The position numbers and the translations under genes were made by a program. Source: a virus. From it: 22,898 bases of DNA. Numbering within the stretch: position 1 is the first letter of the stretch; every line of letters starts with the position of its first letter. The stretch lies in UHGV virus genome UHGV-1634937, one strand, 5' to 3'. Below the pieces are notes generated by a model. That model had not been told where the DNA came from. It worked only from the letters and a program-made list of their open reading frames with translations, and did no database searches. Below, piece by piece: positions 1 through 8,190 of the stretch.

Positions 1-97
1 TGGTGTAAAAACCAATTTTTTTCGGTGATGGACAGCGATCAAGAACGTCCTGTAATTCGTTCAACCATGCCTGTTCTTTTTTTGTCAAAGTTGCCAT
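1..97 (-). CDS. hypothetical protein, N-terminal fragment (gene continues past the left window edge)
   Basis: ATG at 97-95 preceded by AAGGA, 1 nt after the TGA stop of the 99..317 ORF; frame open to position 1 (MATLTKKEQAWLNELQDVLDRCPSPKKIGFYT...). Confidence 0.3.
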   Translation of the reverse strand, partial: MATLTKKEQAWLNELQDVLDRCPSPKKIGFYT

Positions 98-98
98 A

Positions 99-317
99 TC
101 AGTTTTCCTTATACGGATTAATTTTATTGTGCAGTGTGTTGAACGGAGCCCATACCACGTCGTTATACAATTCAATAACTGGCTCAATTATTTTTCCGAT
201 TCCCCATACCAGAATTAACGGGGATATCGGTATCATCAACACGATAAACAGAATGAGAAACAAAAATTCTGTCGCTCTACTTTTTCGCGGATATTCTTTT
301 CTGAATAATGTAGGCAC
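99..317 (-). CDS. small membrane protein (72 aa)
   Basis: GTG start 1 nt after the TGA stop of the upstream gene, with GGAGAG RBS embedded in that gene's last codons; hydrophobic stretch FLFLILFIVLMIPISPLILVWGIG. Confidence 0.4.
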   Translation of the reverse strand: MPTLFRKEYPRKSRATEFLFLILFIVLMIPISPLILVWGIGKIIEPVIELYNDVVWAPFNTLHNKINPYKEN

Positions 318-318
318 A

Positions 319-533
319 TCACTCTCCTTTGTTGCTCCTCAAAATTTTATGCCCTGGCGCAAAAGCACGCGTTTTGTCTTTGCTTATTCGCCACCCGTCT
401 TTACGGGCCTCTTTTGCACAGCCAGCCCATGACGTACCTATATACTCACCGAAGTCTGGCACTGGATATACACCTTCCGTGCACTGACGGCAGTCACAAT
501 AGAGATGCATGGTGTAACTTGCAGCGATAGCCA
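319..533 (-). CDS. small Cys-rich protein (71 aa)
   Basis: ATG at 533-531 lies 2 nt after the TGA of the 536..724 gene with GGAGAG RBS; ORF-track start at 606 would overlap the upstream gene, so the coupled start is preferred; HLYCDCRQC motif. Confidence 0.4.
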
Positions 534-535
534 TA

Positions 536-724
536 TCACTCTCCTTTAGTACGCAAGTGGTTTTTCCAGCGGTTTTGCGCCGCGCTGGGCTTTTTGCAAA
601 AACCACAATCCATCATCCCGTAATGTTTCATTAACCCCATCCGTCGGTTGCTGAGTCTCACCCACTGCCAGACGCCAGGAGCGTTTCTACGAACTAACAG
701 AATCTTTGCTTTACGGTTTTTCAT
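536..724 (-). CDS. small basic protein (62 aa)
   Basis: ATG with AGGAGA RBS 8 nt upstream; stop overlaps the RBS of the next gene; K/R-rich. Confidence 0.4.
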   Translation of the reverse strand: MKNRKAKILLVRRNAPGVWQWVRLSNRRMGLMKHYGMMDCGFCKKPSAAQNRWKNHLRTKGE

Positions 725-896
725 CGCTTTGCTCTCCTGCGTCTCTTTGCTGCTCGTCGTGCCGCTGCAATACCGGTATGGCGGCGCTTTGGTGCTGGGG
801 TGATGTTGTCAGCCATCAGGACCTGTGGCTTTGCAATTAGCGCAGAAGCCCAAAAACGAGTCGGGTACGGTAACAAGCCAATACATGCCACACGCA

Positions 897-1385
897 CTAC
901 TCACCTCCGTTGATGCGAATGCCTGTTGCAATGCTGTTTATGATGCTGTCAGTGCATGGGGTAGAAAGCTGGGCATCTCCAGCAATTTTCATGACATCAA
1001 CATCTGCATATCGAATACCGAGGTGTATCAGACCGGCTATACCTGACTTAAGCCGAGCATTTTCCATAAACAGATCCTTTGCCCGCTGTTTTTCTGCCTC
1101 AAGCTCAACGCGCAACTTCCCTACCGTTAGCGCAATATCCTCGTTCTCCTGGTCGCGGGATTTGATGTATTGCTGGTTCCTTTCCCGTTCATCCAGTAGT
1201 GCCCGCACGGTTTCTGGTCCGGCCAGAAATTTGAAGGCGTTGAGCGCATCAATATCCACACCGTAATCTTTAAGTTCCTGTTCACTTAACAAATCATCAT
1301 CAGCTGGCAACATTAACAGGCGTTCCATTGCTGGAATTGCACGTTCCGCCGCCTCACGCAGTGCCTGGTAATTAATTTCGCTCAC
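897..1385 (-). CDS. Ead/Ea22-like family protein (162 aa)
   Basis: GTG start coupled to upstream stop (CAGTGA) with AAGGAGG RBS; N-terminus xSEINYQALREAAERA resembles prophage Ead/Ea22-like proteins (from memory); coiled-coil C-terminus. Confidence 0.5.
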   Translation of the reverse strand: MSEINYQALREAAERAIPAMERLLMLPADDDLLSEQELKDYGVDIDALNAFKFLAGPETVRALLDERERNQQYIKSRDQENEDIALTVGKLRVELEAEKQRAKDLFMENARLKSGIAGLIHLGIRYADVDVMKIAGDAQLSTPCTDSIINSIATGIRINGGE

Positions 1386-2116
1386 TGGTTGCCTCCTTTG
1401 CGAAGCTGGGCAGCAAAGTCAACTAACCACTCAGTCATTTCAACCTTCCCTACCAGGTCTGAACCAGGGTGCATACAGCAATCACTCTGCGCCGCTTTGA
1501 AATCCTTATACTCATATTCTTGGGCCACCAGATTTTTTGCAGCTTCTATAGCAGCATCCACGCCCTGCGCCCGCACTTCAGCCAGGAAAGCATCGGTGGC
1601 TGGCATATTTCCTGTTGCCTTCATGGCCTCCAAAATAACCAGAACGCCATCTCGCCCAACCACCTCAGCGATAACCTCGGTGTTGTCGCCAACAACATCG
1701 CAGAATGCCTGAACTGCCTTACGAGCCAGCTCATTCTCCACTGCCAGCGCCGTGCGATTACCCTCCAGCTCTGCAATGCGCTGTTTTGCGGCATCCAGTT
1801 CAATCGACAATTTTTCCAACTGCTCTTGATGCTTCTTGTATTCCTGATATGCGTGCCAAGACTGACCTTTGCGCACACTATCAGTGATATCAGTAATCTG
1901 TTCTGGTGTTAGCGTGGTCAGTGGCTGTGATGGGAAAATAAGCACTTTCCCGGAATCCCAATCAAAACCAGCGTGAATTGACTGAACCTCAACTGAAGGT
2001 GTTGAACCAATGCTGCCAGGCGAATGAACAACGATTGTTACATCCATATCGCGACGATGGCTGTGGTTGTTGGACAAAATACGATTCACCAACTCAGAAA
2101 ATTTGGAAAATTTCAT
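1382..2116 (-). CDS. Ead/Ea22-like paralog (244 aa)
   Basis: ATG overlaps the upstream TGA (ATGA); C-terminal region (MPATDAFLAEVRAQG...AAQLRKGGNQ) is paralogous to the C-terminus of 2400..3266 (TPATDAFLSEIRAEA...AEQIRKGSSQ). Confidence 0.55.
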   Translation of the reverse strand: MKFSKFSELVNRILSNNHSHRRDMDVTIVVHSPGSIGSTPSVEVQSIHAGFDWDSGKVLIFPSQPLTTLTPEQITDITDSVRKGQSWHAYQEYKKHQEQLEKLSIELDAAKQRIAELEGNRTALAVENELARKAVQAFCDVVGDNTEVIAEVVGRDGVLVILEAMKATGNMPATDAFLAEVRAQGVDAAIEAAKNLVAQEYEYKDFKAAQSDCCMHPGSDLVGKVEMTEWLVDFAAQLRKGGNQ

Positions 2117-2403
2117 GCTGATTCCCCTTTCTCTGCTCTCTCCTGTCGGAACATCACTATCATCAGGTCGCCTTTTGTCGCTATCCTGGCTGTTGTACCT
2201 GGTTCAATGCGGCTAAGCTCAAATGCGTCATAGAACGCTTCTAATGCCTTCTGGCGTAGTTCCTGTTTGCGCCGTTTTTTCCACTGTTTTAGGAAAATGG
2301 AACCCAGCCATCGCCATGTGCGGGACATGATGTAAAGCCAACCGAGAAGTGCCAGACCGGTATTTAGGAGCGTATCGATCGTTACGGTCGTGTCGATATT
2401 CAC
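2113..2403 (-). CDS. small membrane protein (about 96 aa)
   Basis: GTG at 2403-2401 overlaps the TGA of the upstream Ea22-like gene (CAGTGA) with AAAGGAAG RBS; hydrophobic segment LLNTGLALLGWLYIM; stop overlaps the ATG of the next gene (ATGA). ORF-track start at 2436 is an alternative. Confidence 0.4.
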   Translation of the reverse strand: MNIDTTVTIDTLLNTGLALLGWLYIMSRTWRWLGSIFLKQWKKRRKQELRQKALEAFYDAFELSRIEPGTTARIATKGDLMIVMFRQERAEKGESA

Positions 2404-3266
2404 TGGCTGCTTCCTTTGCGAATCTGTTCCGCCCATTCTTCAAGGGATTTCTCCGCATATTCACCAGACAGGCCATCAATCGGATGCGCTTCATTAGCCA
2501 ACTCTTCTTTCGCTGACAAAATCATGCGTGTAACGTCGAAAACTTCACGCAAAGACTTATTGATAAATCCGTGATTGAACGCAGCAGCAAGACGGCTGGC
2601 GGTATAGTTAATCCCCTCGTTGCGTGCTTCCGCACGAATTTCAGACAGGAAAGCATCGGTGGCTGGGGTTTCGACATTAGGTCGAAGCTCATAATCACAA
2701 ACTCTTTCAATCCATGGTGATACTCTGTCGCATTTCCTCTTCTTGCGTTCACCGACCTTGGTTGCCTGCTGAATAATTACCCCCCAGCAAATGCTTTCGA
2801 CCTCTTCGCTCCATCCATCGCAAGCATCGCCTCTATAGTCGTCAATTGCAGCCTCAGCAGCAGCGATAGCCTCCTCAGCAGTTTTGTGACACTCGAAACT
2901 AAATTCAGAGCCATATGAGAAATACATAGCCCCGGCCTTCAGCGCCGCATTCTCCGCTGCCAGCGCCGCGAGATTAGTCTCAAGCTCTGCAATTCGACAC
3001 ATAGCATCAATATTTGTGTCCTCCAGGCGCTTAATTTCACCAAGCAGCTCCAGTGCAACCTTTGGGTTGAACGCGGCAACATAACGAGCGTTGTTCTCTG
3101 CATTTTTCTGTCCATCAAAGCCGGTCCATTTGATAACGTCTTCACATCGTTCATCACCGGGCGTGTGCACCGCATAAGTACCAGTATCCGTCGAAATAAA
3201 TGCGACCCATTCGTCTGGTGTTGCCTTTTCTGCCGCCTCACGCAGTACCTGATAGTCAATTGTCAT
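2400..3266 (-). CDS. Ead/Ea22-like family protein (about 288 aa)
   Basis: ATG at 3266 overlaps the TGA of the upstream gene (ATGA) and has GAAGGA RBS; N-terminus MTIDYQVLREAAEKATP parallels 897..1385; coiled-coil middle. Confidence 0.55.
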   Translation of the reverse strand: MTIDYQVLREAAEKATPDEWVAFISTDTGTYAVHTPGDERCEDVIKWTGFDGQKNAENNARYVAAFNPKVALELLGEIKRLEDTNIDAMCRIAELETNLAALAAENAALKAGAMYFSYGSEFSFECHKTAEEAIAAAEAAIDDYRGDACDGWSEEVESICWGVIIQQATKVGERKKRKCDRVSPWIERVCDYELRPNVETPATDAFLSEIRAEARNEGINYTASRLAAAFNHGFINKSLREVFDVTRMILSAKEELANEAHPIDGLSGEYAEKSLEEWAEQIRKGSSQ

Positions 3267-3908
3267 TCTCGCCATCCTTCACAGTTGTAATCACTACAGC
3301 CTTCAAAATCATATGGGCTGTACTGCCAGGTTATTTTTCCGCAATGCGGACAATTCCAACGCACCTTCCCGCTTCGCGACTTCTTTCTTCTGTTTTGCTT
3401 TTTCAACCAGTCAGGCATGACCAAACCTGCGCCCTGAACCATTGTTCTGCGGTTAAAATTATTGATATTGAACGTCCGCCGCTTTGCTGCATCGGCAATG
3501 GAAAATGGCAACCAAACTATTCCTGGTTCGTTTTTGTTGGCGACGCTAAAGATGGTTGCTTTACTGAAGTCATCGGTTGGCAATCCACCGTGTTGAAGCC
3601 AGTAAACATCGTTGCCGTTCCAGCTACCTTTTTTGTAGGCCACATACGCAGTGCAATCTGACTCAATCAGGCTTTCTGTAGGGATGTACTGGCAATCAAC
3701 GTGCCACACAGCCATTGCATCCACACTATCGGCACAAACAGGCTGATCGATATCTCGCCCACAATTCCAGGCTTTTTGGGCTTCTTCCAGCGTGTAAACA
3801 TGAGCGCGATCGATATCAGAACTGTAACCATTGCCGTTATGGCAATGGAATGAGGCGTTATTACCCACAGTTTCACGCAAACACATCATGTAAAAACGGT
3901 TGCTCACT
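3263..3908 (-). CDS. hypothetical protein with C-terminal Cys cluster (about 214 aa)
   Basis: GTG at 3908 with AAGGAGG RBS 6 nt upstream, overlapping the TGA of the 79-aa gene (GTGA); C-terminal WNCPHCGKITWQYSPYDFEGCSDYNCEGW looks zinc-ribbon-like. Confidence 0.5.
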
Positions 3909-4143
3909 GGATGCCTCCTTGGTGGAGTTGCGCTGCGATGCACGAAAAAAAAGACTCCCGAGTATGACTGTTAAGAGCTGGTGCGAACGCCTCGTTAAGA
4001 ACGGCGGCATCACAGCCGTCATCAATATAGAGCGCAATTTTTTTCTCCAGGCGCGCTTTGGCTTCCTGCAACTGCATACCCCGGCACGCACGCGGGATAT
4101 AATCAGCAATTTGAGCGATAGCTTTTTCGTTCTGTTTAAACAT
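3904..4143 (-). CDS. hypothetical protein (79 aa)
   Basis: ATG overlaps the stop of the upstream 67-aa gene; its own stop overlaps the GTG of the next gene. Confidence 0.45.
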   Translation of the reverse strand: MFKQNEKAIAQIADYIPRACRGMQLQEAKARLEKKIALYIDDGCDAAVLNEAFAPALNSHTRESFFSCIAAQLHQGGIQ

Positions 4144-4339
4144 GCTTCACCTCGATAGGCTTGATGGTGTCTAACAGCAGTCGGCGGCGCGTATTTTCTG
4201 CAAAATGGCGGCGTCCAGTTTCTTTGTGGTAAAACTCGTTTTTGCCAACGACCCACATCCGCTCTGTTTGGTGCAGTTTTTTTACCTTCGGGCCATCTTT
4301 GGTGATCACGGTACCGGTATGGGTTTTTACGATTGTCAT
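4136..4339 (-). CDS. hypothetical protein (67 aa)
   Basis: ATG with AGGTAG upstream; coupled to the downstream gene. Confidence 0.4.
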   Translation of the reverse strand: MTIVKTHTGTVITKDGPKVKKLHQTERMWVVGKNEFYHKETGRRHFAENTRRRLLLDTIKPIEVKHV

Positions 4340-4422
4340 GCCACTACCTATTCGAACAGATGAACGAGACAGGCCGATGCTCGTCCACCTGAAAAACTGA
4401 CGATTTGATGCATACTCACGGT

Positions 4423-5151
4423 TTATTCCTGAATGCGCTTAAACTCGATTACCCACACCCAGGGATTAGCGTTCCAGCTTTCTTCACCATAGATGGATTC
4501 CCACAGGCGCTGGAACGCAACCTTGGCCATTGCGAAATCCCCCTTGGGAGTAAGGAATGTTCCCGGGTGATCAGGAAGCAAACTTCCAGCAGGCGGAACG
4601 CCCTCATCCCTTGCATCGCATTCGCTGATATTGTTCAACCGCTCAACGCGCACGTTGGTAATTTCCAACAGGATGCGTGATGCCCAGCGCGGCATGTGAA
4701 TTGATGGACGCCACCCACCATCAAACTTTTCATTCACAGTGTGAGGTTTCCAGTCGGCATCATCGGGTATCGACCATAAACCGTAATCACCAGGCTTTTG
4801 CTCACAACTGGCCCGATAAATCCTTGCTGCGTTCTTCTCATCGCCACGACAAAGGTTGTCGTTCCAGTCCACACTGCAACCATCTTCATTGCCTAATATC
4901 GCCCATGTTTCACGAACCCAAATTCGATCGCCGACGATACCAAAGGGGCAATTGAAAACACTGCTTACACCATCAGCCCCGTACCACTGAAAACCTGCAC
5001 CAATTTCCCTAACCATCACTGGTGCTTCTGGACCAACTTCCGCAGGCTGATTTTTCATTATCCGCCGCGTCTGCGTTTTCCTTCCTTCGAGGATGGCTCG
5101 GACCATCTCATCGTTGAAAATCATGCCGCGCTCTTTCACTTCGCCTTTCAT
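4423..5151 (-). CDS. ASCH-domain-like protein (242 aa)
   Basis: AGGGGGA RBS before ATG at 5151; N-terminal MIFNDEMVRAILEGRKTQTRR ... GDRIWVRE resembles the ASCH/YqfB-type motif (from memory). Confidence 0.5.
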   Translation of the reverse strand: MKGEVKERGMIFNDEMVRAILEGRKTQTRRIMKNQPAEVGPEAPVMVREIGAGFQWYGADGVSSVFNCPFGIVGDRIWVRETWAILGNEDGCSVDWNDNLCRGDEKNAARIYRASCEQKPGDYGLWSIPDDADWKPHTVNEKFDGGWRPSIHMPRWASRILLEITNVRVERLNNISECDARDEGVPPAGSLLPDHPGTFLTPKGDFAMAKVAFQRLWESIYGEESWNANPWVWVIEFKRIQE

Positions 5152-5160
5152 GCATCCCCC

Positions 5161-5247
5161 TTACCCATGCGCGACGATGCCGCCAAAAGTGATAGAGAAC
5201 AGCCAGAAATAGATCGCGGCCATAATGATTTTGAATGCCGTGTTCAT
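5161..5247 (-). CDS. small hydrophobic peptide (28 aa, MNTAFKIIMAAIYFWLFSITFGGIVAHG)
   Basis: ATG at 5247 with AGGAG 8 nt upstream; TAA stop 10 nt before the ASCH gene start; below the 60-aa ORF-track cutoff. Confidence 0.35.
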   Translation of the reverse strand: MNTAFKIIMAAIYFWLFSITFGGIVAHG

Positions 5248-5274
5248 ATTTTCAGCTCCTGTGATTGATTGGAT

Positions 5275-5306
5275 ACATGCCGCGCCTTACGGCATGTTTT
5301 TATTTT
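5275..5306 (+). terminator. intrinsic-terminator-like hairpin oriented on the plus strand
   Basis: ACATGCCG / CGGCATGT 8-bp stem, 7-nt loop, followed by TTTTATTTT on the plus strand only; lies between two minus-strand genes. Confidence 0.4.
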
Positions 5307-5329
5307 CACTTTCTCTGTTTTAAAAATCA

Positions 5330-5346
5330 AGATTTATTAGAGCAAT
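5330..5346 (-). promoter_or_regulatory. C1-operator-like site (16/17 match to ATTGCTCTAATAAATTT) with overlapping promoter-like hexamers
   Basis: Minus-strand reading ATTGCTCTAATAAATCT; TTGCTC, 17-bp spacer, TAAAAC follows. Abuts the stop of the HAD-like gene. Confidence 0.5.
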
Positions 5347-5852
5347 TATTGTTGATGGAGAAGCGCGTTTTCATACTCCCTGACCATTAACGTAAGTACG
5401 CCGTGACTCCTGAAAACACGCGCCACTTCAATCTTATCTTCCAGCGCGAACGCAATTTTACTTAGACCAATTTTCTTCAGGAGATCAATCTTTGCTGGAC
5501 CGTCATTTCTGTCATCGGTGGCAGGACGCATAGATAGCAAAGGCTCCGCCCCATTTGTTACGTGCTTACGCAACCAGGCTCGTGTTTTATCCCTTGCTAT
5601 CTCACAGCGCCCGGTTACAAACCAGAGGGTGTAAATGCCGGACAACTGGCGCACCATATCAATAACTGGAGTGATGGGAGCATCAGTGTCACAGGCAAGG
5701 TTAAACTCGTTCCAGTGCTCTGTTAATGCACCTTTGCCAGGTGGTGGAAGTAAATGCAGTCTGTCTTCCGTTGCCTCTGATATCGTCCCATCAATATCTA
5801 CTATGACGATGTACGGACGTTCCTGGTGTGCGTGTTTATTGAAAATACTCAA
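5346..5852 (-). CDS. HAD-superfamily phosphatase-like protein (168 aa)
   Basis: HAD motif I DIDGT (IVIVDIDGTISE); TTG start with GAGGAGG upstream. Confidence 0.5.
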   Translation of the reverse strand: MSIFNKHAHQERPYIVIVDIDGTISEATEDRLHLLPPPGKGALTEHWNEFNLACDTDAPITPVIDMVRQLSGIYTLWFVTGRCEIARDKTRAWLRKHVTNGAEPLLSMRPATDDRNDGPAKIDLLKKIGLSKIAFALEDKIEVARVFRSHGVLTLMVREYENALLHQQ

Positions 5853-5870
5853 ATGCCCTCCTCATTGGAC

Positions 5871-5904
5871 GAAAAAAATGCTGGTGGGAGCACTCCACCA
5901 GCAT
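5871..5904 (-). terminator. intrinsic terminator (minus strand)
   Basis: ATGCTGGTGG / CCACCAGCAT 10-bp stem with GAGCACT loop; in the minus-strand RNA it is followed by UUUUUUU; sits 20 bp downstream of the 5925..7187 gene. Stem contains Chi octamers in both orientations. Confidence 0.55.
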
Positions 5905-5924
5905 TAAAAGTGACACTGTAACTA

Positions 5925-7187
5925 TCAGCGAACGTAAATAGTGCCGCCGTTCTCTTTTTCCCATGCATCGCTACGTGCATAGCAAACATCGAGAAGTCTT
6001 CTTGCCGCAGTTTCCTCTAAACCCAATTCGACAACCAACTGCTCATGACGGCGGGTAACCACATCAAACAGGGTATGCAACCCTTTAGTTGCCAGATCAT
6101 CAATGAATTCCGGTTCGAACGGCAGCTCTGTATCTGCCAACATAACCTCTTGCGCCCACTCAACTCGACGGACCAATTCCGGGCGGCGGCTTTCCATCTC
6201 TTTACAGATCAATTCATGGAAGAACTCTACCCAACCTTCCGGCTGGAACTCGCCGAAAATGGCCAGCGGCTGGAAGTTTGGCATCAACCATTCGTTGATT
6301 CGGATATCAATGGCATAGCCCATGTCGCAGCAGAACTGATAAGCAAAGTCCAGCTTAGAAACGATATAAGGACGCTCGTTATTGAACTCTTTAGGCGATG
6401 AGATCCCATAAGCCAGGAGGCGCGGGAAGAAGGAGATTTGCCCTAACGTCGGATGAAGTTTGCTTGCAGGGAAACGGCGCTCAGTAATGCCATACATTTC
6501 CTTCTTGAGCGTCGCAAATTTGGCATTCTCATTAACCAGCGCGGTAACCTCTGCTTTTTTATTAGCAAATGCCACGCGCGCTTCGCTTGCATCTTTAATA
6601 GTTTTTTTGAGCTGTTGGTTAAGGTCGGCGACCTGCTTACGCAGTTCCTGTCGCTCGCTTTTAGCTTTGTTATAGCGTTTCTCAAGGTTAAAAGGATCAA
6701 GTTTCATGATCTCTTTATATTGAGATTTTAGCGTTGAAATCTGTGAGTTCCGCAGTTCAACCATCGCGGTCATTTCATTGAGTTTTGTTTCCAGCTCAAT
6801 GCTTATACGTTCGGCATTATCAGCACGCTGGTTGGCGTCATGCGTCGCATCGTCGATCGCGTCCTGTTGCTGGCGTTTCAAATGTTCAATTTGTAGCTGA
6901 AGCTCTTCAATTTCTTTACCCTTCAGACCGAGATCCAACTGCATATTTTCAGCTGCATCTACCAGGGAGTTATGGCTATCAGCTTCTGCGTTATAAACAT
7001 CAATAAGCTGTGCGTGAAGCATCTCCGCTGACTGAACCGCATTATCAAAAAAACGTGCTGTGAGGTCATCACAACTAACGCGGCGTTGCGCGGCCCGGAT
7101 GTTCTGGATAATGGCCGGGATACCGGCATTCAGGACATCAGGGATAGATACATTTTCGATTGATTGGTTTTGTGCTGAAGTGCTCAT
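5925..7187 (-). CDS. hypothetical protein with long N-terminal coiled coil (420 aa)
   Basis: Long ORF; heptad-like charged N-terminal half (ELQLQIEHLKRQQQ..., LRKQVADLNQQLKK); no catalytic motif recognised. Confidence 0.55.
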   Translation of the reverse strand: MSTSAQNQSIENVSIPDVLNAGIPAIIQNIRAAQRRVSCDDLTARFFDNAVQSAEMLHAQLIDVYNAEADSHNSLVDAAENMQLDLGLKGKEIEELQLQIEHLKRQQQDAIDDATHDANQRADNAERISIELETKLNEMTAMVELRNSQISTLKSQYKEIMKLDPFNLEKRYNKAKSERQELRKQVADLNQQLKKTIKDASEARVAFANKKAEVTALVNENAKFATLKKEMYGITERRFPASKLHPTLGQISFFPRLLAYGISSPKEFNNERPYIVSKLDFAYQFCCDMGYAIDIRINEWLMPNFQPLAIFGEFQPEGWVEFFHELICKEMESRRPELVRRVEWAQEVMLADTELPFEPEFIDDLATKGLHTLFDVVTRRHEQLVVELGLEETAARRLLDVCYARSDAWEKENGGTIYVR

Positions 7188-7188
7188 T

Positions 7189-7407
7189 TCAAAGTTCCGT
7201 ATTAGCTTGTGCTTCGGTCATTTTTCCTAAGTATGAAGGAGGAAGGACTACGCAATTTGTATCCAGTCCCTCACCTATGGCAGCCTGTAAAATTCTGGCT
7301 AAGGTGAGTCTCTTGTTGCGATACCTGGTGATGACATGCCTGATACCGCCGGTCGGCGTAACAAAGGCGATCAGCCAGTAGTGATATTTCCGTCGGAATG
7401 GCCACAT
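7189..7407 (-). CDS. possible small ORF or untranslated leader (72 aa if translated)
   Basis: Open frame but no convincing RBS at the 7407 ATG; lies between the operator/terminator region and the 420-aa gene. Confidence 0.2.
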   Translation of the reverse strand: MWPFRRKYHYWLIAFVTPTGGIRHVITRYRNKRLTLARILQAAIGEGLDTNCVVLPPSYLGKMTEAQANTEL

Positions 7408-7421
7408 AGTGCACCCTGTAG

Positions 7422-7438
7422 ATTGCTCTAATAAAAAA
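7422..7438 (+). promoter_or_regulatory. C1-operator-like site, plus orientation (14/17)
   Basis: ATTGCTCTAATAAAAAA on the plus strand; inverted relative to the copy at 7471-7487. Confidence 0.45.
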
Positions 7439-7462
7439 CGTGATGAGTGTACATCACGTTTT
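7433..7462. terminator. bidirectional intrinsic terminator
   Basis: AAAAAA CGTGATG AGTGTA CATCACG TTTT: perfect 7-bp GC-containing stem flanked by an A-run and a T-run. Confidence 0.6.
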
Positions 7463-7470
7463 AAAAATAT

Positions 7471-7487
7471 GGAATTATTAGAGCAAT
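7471..7487 (-). promoter_or_regulatory. C1-operator-like site (14/17) with overlapping promoter-like hexamers
   Basis: Minus-strand reading ATTGCTCTAATAATTCC; TTGCTC, 17 bp, TAAAAC; 2 nt downstream of the stop of 7489..8190. Confidence 0.45.
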
Positions 7488-7488
7488 A

Positions 7489-8190
7489 TTATTCTGATTC
7501 TCGCTCAAAAAATGAGCTGATAAGGGGAAGCCAATCCTCTGACACTTCGCGAGGTCGCGGTTTGCCGTGGAAAAAGATTATTCGGCAGTCTTTTGGTAAT
7601 GCCCCATTCCCCCTGGAGTAACGCGCGCTCGCATATTTTGAACCAGGTTCCACAACATCGGCCTTGTAACTTACAAACCATCCTGGATACAGATCCTGAA
7701 ATGCTGGTGTATCATCGCCCATAACCTTTCGTAAGAACCCCTGGTCACCCCAGCACTCAGTAGTGACACAACGAGAAATCCAACCTTCCGGATCTTGCCA
7801 GAATGAACTCCAGATATGCGCTTTAACACTATTTGGTATCCACAGGGCACCGCTGCCACGATATTGTGGATGGTAAAAATCCCTAAGCATGGTGAAGCTG
7901 GTTGGTGGATGCTCTAGGATTGGGCGTATATCACCGGCAATAACCGTGTCCAAATCCAGATAGAACAGATCATCGGTTATATCCGGTCGGAACAACTCGA
8001 TTTTCGCCCACCAGCCACGGCACTTTTGCCACTGGTTGATCAATGGGACAACTTTGACGCCAGGTACATGTAAACGCTTCAGGTCTGTCAGGCAAATAAT
8101 TTCATAGCCTTTTGGCAGTTGATTAACCAGCCACTGCACATCGGAAGCGTTATAGTCACCACCAGAGCGAAAAACTAAAGCAATCTTCAT
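7489..8190 (-). CDS. putative nucleotide-sugar transferase-like protein (233 aa)
   Basis: ATG overlaps the phosphatase TGA (ATGA); WAKIELFRP ... YLDLDTV resembles a DxD-type glycosyltransferase motif (weak, by eye). Confidence 0.4.
   Translation of the reverse strand: MKIALVFRSGGDYNASDVQWLVNQLPKGYEIICLTDLKRLHVPGVKVVPLINQWQKCRGWWAKIELFRPDITDDLFYLDLDTVIAGDIRPILEHPPTSFTMLRDFYHPQYRGSGALWIPNSVKAHIWSSFWQDPEGWISRCVTTECWGDQGFLRKVMGDDTPAFQDLYPGWFVSYKADVVEPGSKYASARYSRGNGALPKDCRIIFFHGKPRPREVSEDWLPLISSFFERESE

Noticed and set aside
25-432. 135-aa plus-strand ORF at the left edge
   Set aside because: Completely overlapped by three translationally coupled minus-strand genes with RBSs; no RBS of its own and a low-complexity translation.
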